Shown here one piece after another: positions 59,132 through 64,000 of a DNA stretch of 64,000 nt. Source of the DNA: Sporopachydermia quercuum (lineage: Eukaryota). The first letter of the stretch is position 1. Each line of letters begins with the position of its first letter. A model generated the notes under the pieces. The model was not told where the DNA came from. It saw only the letters and a list, made by a program, of their open reading frames with translations, and searched no databases. Location: assembly GCA_001599295.1 (NCBI GenBank), contig BCGN01000010.1, positions 62,001 through 126,000 on the forward strand. Direction: 5' to 3'. Position numbers and translations under genes: made by a program.

Positions 59132-61048
59132 TTCCTCAATAGTGTTTTGTTGTCGTGTCTAACTCAATATTATTATCTGTTCATAATAATGATAAGCTGT
59201 GTTTTTCACCTTCCTGAGTTCAAAGTCGTTCTTTTGGCCTTTAAAAAATAAAGTTTAAGCGATTTCTTGTTAGGAAGACAGTTGGAAAAATAATTAAAGA
59301 TGATGTGATCTTGGTAAAAGGTTAAATGCGTTTCTCCGGCGGAGAGTGATTGAGTGGGTTGTCGGAAGGTTCGTACTGCTGGTAGGTGAAAGATGAGCAA
59401 ATAATTTTTCAAGTAGTTAGGACTATGTTTTTTCAGAGATTTGGGATTCGGGATTTGAGATTTGATTAGTTTGAATGTATGAGTGGTTATACTTGAAAGA
59501 CCGCTGGCTTGAATGGTGCACGTGATTTTAGTATTTGGACTCAAATAAATTAGACGATTAAAGTGACGGTATGAATATCTTATCTTATACTGGTTGAGTG
59601 ACGATTCTGGTGTGATAAAGAATATAACTGATTTCAGAGCAGAGGTTATTCTTTTCAGTGTTCTAGTATACCCTCGTGCCTATGATCCAGTGTGCTTGAA
59701 ACTAGTTACTGCAGTAAGAAGTGTTGCTGTAAGACTTCTAATTCAGCAGATCAACCCCCAGAAATTCTTTTCTCTCATTCTTCTACAGTTATATCATCAA
59801 TTGGAACATTTGCTTTATTTATATTAGTTGTTATATCCAAGCTCGGTTAGTTCTATCAAATTTATTCTTTCTTGGAAAGGAATAACTGACACCCCAGATT
59901 CAAAATTAAAGTTTCATCAGTGCAAACGTTATTTCTTATTCTTGCAATCTCGAATTAAAGCTTTCATTCAACTAACTGAGGGAATGTATATTTAACAAGC
60001 AGTAGAGACTTTATATTTTCTTGACAAAGTATGATATTGGATGTTCAAAGACCGAATAATTGGCGAGCAAATAATCTTTTTAGAATATAGAACTCTTCTC
60101 ACCACTTATCTGTAGAGAGAGGTTGCTTTACACTTTTATGTAACAGGTGCCAGGTAATTCCGTCTATATGCAGTAATATGCATCCCACATAAAATATTGC
60201 AGGAAGTGGCCTCTAACCCCGCATTAATGACATTTTATTGTCGGATAGAGCAATTACGAAACATCATAATAGAAAACCAAAAGAAGATAGAAGAATTTCT
60301 AAGGCGGAGAGAAATACGAGCATTGCTTCTACGGAGTTCTGTTCATGAGTTTATCTAGTCCTGAAAGATCACTTTATTTATCAAATCTTCCATCTAACCT
60401 ACTCGTATTTACAGATTATAGTAACTAAAATTAGTTAGGTGTCTATCTATCTTCTTGCCTCCGCCTCATCAATCTGATATGGTTAGCAAGTTGGATTTAC
60501 TGATCGGAGAAATGATTCCCATTAATTAATTATCACGTGCACCATTTTTAAACTATCAAGATAGAAGAGTTACTACTTCCTTCCCATTCTTTTTCTGCTC
60601 ACGTATTACGGTATTAAACTAGTTCGAGGCAAAAAAAGAAAGGTGTCGGTGCATTTTTGGATAACTCACTAATTAATTCATAAGCAAAGTAGTGACTTCG
60701 AAACTCAAATTCAGAAAGCACTCTTATTGAAGAAAGATATCAATAGTATCTCTTGCTTTTGGCTCTTCCTACCCATCGTATCTCCCAACTCCCCCCTTCA
60801 ACTATCGTAAGTATCATCTTCACGTCTCCCTTTACTATTATTCCTAACCACTTCACGTCTCACCACATTAGCAAGCTCNTTCTTCTTCTTTCCTTTATTC
60901 TAGTTTGCAAATCCTGAAAATGTGATTATAGTCAGATTGGGGTTACTTACTTCTTTACGCGATAAGTATAAGTAGATCGATGAAAATATACATTCATAAA
61001 TCGACATTGTATCTGCTCAATTTATGTACGAACTAGCTGTTCTTGACA

Positions 61049-61585
61049 ATGAGTACAAACCAAAAATTAAGTAAGTTGAAATTTGTACTCTCCCATTGAG
61101 AAAATCTTTCATATAACATTAGCTAACTGAAAATAGTTCATCAAAGCGAATCGCTTTGGAAGAAATTTTTTCACACAATGGATGCGTCAGATCTACAATC
61201 TTCAGCATTAAGTAGTATCATATTGCCATCAGCGCCCATTTTGTTTGATGGTAACCCACTTGCAGGATCTGGTGGGTTTGAACAATTATTAGCTACATTA
61301 CCAACGTCTCAGCACTTCGTAAATAACTGGGATTGTCACGCTGTAGTAGTCAATGGAACAGGAGTAGTTAATATGGTAATAACAGGTAAATGCCGCTTTG
61401 ACGAAAGTGGTAAGCGAAGGTCATTGAACGGAAATGGAATTTCAACTGGGCCAACGTTAGGAACCAAAAGTAATTGGTTTGGGTTCCATTGTGTGCTGAT
61501 AGTTAATGAAAATGTTGACCAAATAGTAAGCGTTGATTATAGACTGGTTCATGTGCCTGATGATACAATACTGAAAGTGGTATAA
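61049..61585 (+). CDS. MTR2: mRNA export factor Mtr2 (NTF2-like); exons 61049-61070 and 61137-61585
   Basis: Intron 61071-61136 gives MSTNQKLIHQSESLWKKFFHTMD...; motifs GNPL, SQH...WDCH, KCRFDESG and DYRLV match Mtr2. Confidence 0.82.
61071..61136 (+). other. MTR2 intron (66 nt)
   Basis: GTAAGT donor, GCTAAC branch point, TAG acceptor; frame preserved. Confidence 0.85.
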
Positions 61586-62066
61586 AAGAAGAAGGAACTG
61601 GAGAGAAGAATGTTTCAGTGATCGGTGCTGTAAAATATAGAAGAAGATATACAGGCAGGGATCCTTCGGAGTCCCACAGAATGTTATAGAAGTTTGGACA
61701 GATTGAAGAAGATCATGGTTTGATTCAAAGACATATATTTGATGAGATTAGTATTGTGATTAAAGCACTTCATTCAAATGAATGCATTCATAACAAACAT
61801 AGAAAAGAATCATAAAATCATCGTATCTATTTGTCATTTTTTACAGGGTTTCAACTAGTTCACGCTTTCTTGTATTTTGTTCACTACAAAGTATTAATAA
61901 TAATTACAGGATGAATTTACAACTGCCATAGTTTCTCTTGTGGTTGTTTTCTCGATGTTTTGCAAACAGCTTCAATGTAACTAAACTAAAATGGCAAAAA
62001 CAACTAAATGTAACCACCAGATTTATTCAACCAATTATATACCAAACGCTAAACAAAAACTGCAAT

Positions 62067-62993
62067 TCATCGCGCGACAGGAGCATAACCACCATTTAAC
62101 TGACTTGGTCCTGCTGGAGCATACACACTTGCAGTAGGTTCGTATTGCTGATGAATGAACGGTTGCTTTTCTAATTGTATATCTTGCGTGGAGTTGTTGT
62201 TCCTACTGGAAGTTGAACCACAGCAGCAAGTGAATAAGAACAAGAAGAAAGATATAAAGTTAGCAACAACAGCAGCAATACCCATGCCAAAGAAGTATCT
62301 ATTCAAAGCAATAGTAATACCAAAGTCATCCACGACGTTATTAAACGTATTTCTGATATAAAGAAAAACTCCCAAAGCACCAAAAATTGCAATCGCCAAA
62401 AATGCTGATGAGAAGAAAGTAATAAAAGCAGTGCATAAAGAACCCAGTTTTGAGTTGAATGCGCAAAACGATAGAAGTAATTGTATGATTGTCAAAGAAA
62501 ACCCAATGATTATTGTAACGAAAATGACTCGACACATACTTCGATACACTGACCAATAGTCATTGATGTCTTGTGGAAGTTCTACAAAATCACTAGCAGT
62601 ATCAAGCACATCTTCCGTAGAAACAACGTCATTAGTGATCACTTTCACAGGATCAAAGACGAACATTGCCTCTGGGTCAGAGCAGTAGAAAATGTTATCA
62701 CCTTGGCCAGGTGCTGATTTGGAAGTACCATTTCCTTTGCAGTAATTCCATAGTGATGTCGTATAGAAATCTGGTAAACCAAGCGCTTCTAGAGCATCTG
62801 CTGTGTCTGGTATTGTGATACCTGGTAGTAGATTTGATAAGTCCGCATTTGCTAAACTTAGTTTCGCCAGATAAACCTTCTCCAGTGGACCTGTAAGACA
62901 GCCAACAAAACAAATAACTGACAATATGATGGATGAAAGGGATAAGATAAACGGTATCATTACCCAAAATATCCTACAAGCAGAAGCAGTCAT
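62067..62993 (-). CDS. SUR7/PalI-family four-TM plasma membrane protein (Pun1/Ecm7-like)
   Basis: N-terminal TM, claudin-like DFYTTSLWNYCKG...C motif, three further TMs, Cys cluster (TCCCG). Confidence 0.82.
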   Translation of the reverse strand: MTASACRIFWVMIPFILSLSSIILSVICFVGCLTGPLEKVYLAKLSLANADLSNLLPGITIPDTADALEALGLPDFYTTSLWNYCKGNGTSKSAPGQGDNIFYCSDPEAMFVFDPVKVITNDVVSTEDVLDTASDFVELPQDINDYWSVYRSMCRVIFVTIIIGFSLTIIQLLLSFCAFNSKLGSLCTAFITFFSSAFLAIAIFGALGVFLYIRNTFNNVVDDFGITIALNRYFFGMGIAAVVANFISFFLFLFTCCCGSTSSRNNNSTQDIQLEKQPFIHQQYEPTASVYAPAGPSQLNGGYAPVAR

Positions 62994-64000
62994 TTTCTTT
63001 ATTGGACGGTTATGATAATAGGTGTGATAATATCGTGATGATACGCTGTTGCCGTAATATTAAAATAGATAATTGTCTAAGGTGAATTTACCTACCAATC
63101 TTTTCACTTTTTCTGCTAGTATGTCGTGTGAGACCACTTGTGCTCTTGCTGTGNAGTACTAACTTGAGCTATAGGTTAAAGCCTTTGGTCTGCTATTTCT
63201 TACTTCCAATCTGATGAAATAATCACTCTTGATGCGTTATGATTGCAATTAAATGAGTTTCAGTAAAGTCTCTCTTGATCTTGTGAACACTTTTCGATAT
63301 AGTCTACTAATTCTCACGGAAATATAACAAATGTTGATTCTTTTTAAATTCCGCCAAACTCAACTACCTTTGTTGTTTTCTTTTTAGTTAAAATATATAT
63401 TTCTCCAAACAAACAACCAGACAAAATTGGAGAATTAGGTGGATGTGATGGTTATTAATATTCCTGTTTTCAGTTCTCACTGTTAAGACGTTTTAGCTTG
63501 GAAAATGAATTTCTAAAATTAAATCGCGTTAAAAATAGGGAAATTGAGCGACGTTTATCCTTAACTTTAATCGCGAGCATACTCACAATTAAAATTAGGC
63601 TATGTAATGAAGAATGAAATGTGCGTACGGCTAAGACCTGCCAATATTAGAGACTGCCTATTAATAGTGCTCTATTTCAAGTTATGGCAGTGAAATGAAG
63701 TGGTAATAATAAACAAGTACTACTGTTTGTCTGCTAAGGAAGGCGCTATATATGAATTATAATGTATTCAATCAAGATGCAACTGGGAACTTGAAGAATG
63801 ATTCACGAAAACCTTAATCTATTGTAAGTTAGGGCGCTTATTCAACTCTACCTGAAAGACAGAGAACAAAAAGAAGAACATGCTTGGTAAAGAAAGCATC
63901 TCGATTGTTTCCTGGTTGTTAAGTCTTTTTCAGTTGTCAAATAAGACTTGATGATCTATAAAACAAAATGGTAGATTCTTAATGGTACAGAATCATGATA

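Noticed and set aside
5906..63154. Scattered single 'n' bases as frameshifts or pseudogene lesions
   Set aside because: Reading frames continue through them, so they are ambiguous base calls (likely heterozygous sites), not indels.

Overview
AT-rich eukaryotic DNA from a budding yeast (Saccharomycotina) that uses the standard code: CTG sits at conserved Leu positions in URA3 and YEF3. The species cannot be named from this window. Scattered single 'n' bases suggest an ambiguous or heterozygous consensus. There are about 22 protein-coding genes, mostly housekeeping: PSD1 (3' end), APC1, a DUF4536-like gene, a TMT1-like gene, GRX3/4, YEF3, SUR1/CSH1, RQC2, HST2, YME2, ULP1, SWS2, a FIST-like gene, a mitochondrial-carrier-like gene, URA3, a DIA2-like F-box gene, ATG26, MET2, an RPP40-like gene, MDL1/2, FAD1, MTR2 and a SUR7/PalI-family gene. 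I reconstructed five spliceosomal introns that the ORF track misses (APC1, SWS2 x2, RPP40-like, MTR2). I found no tRNA, rRNA or intact transposon. The outstanding anomaly is in the first 7.4 kb. An ~80% AT tract lies in the unusually long PSD1-APC1 convergent gap and is flanked by DNA strongly enriched in CCG/CGG on both strands. This enrichment runs through the whole APC1 gene, including synonymous codons and UTRs, and stops sharply near 7.4 kb. At its inner edge is a small island with a CACGTG site and repeated/inverted TGTTTCCG motifs. My best hypothesis is a non-canonical centromere or similar chromosomal element; this is unproven.
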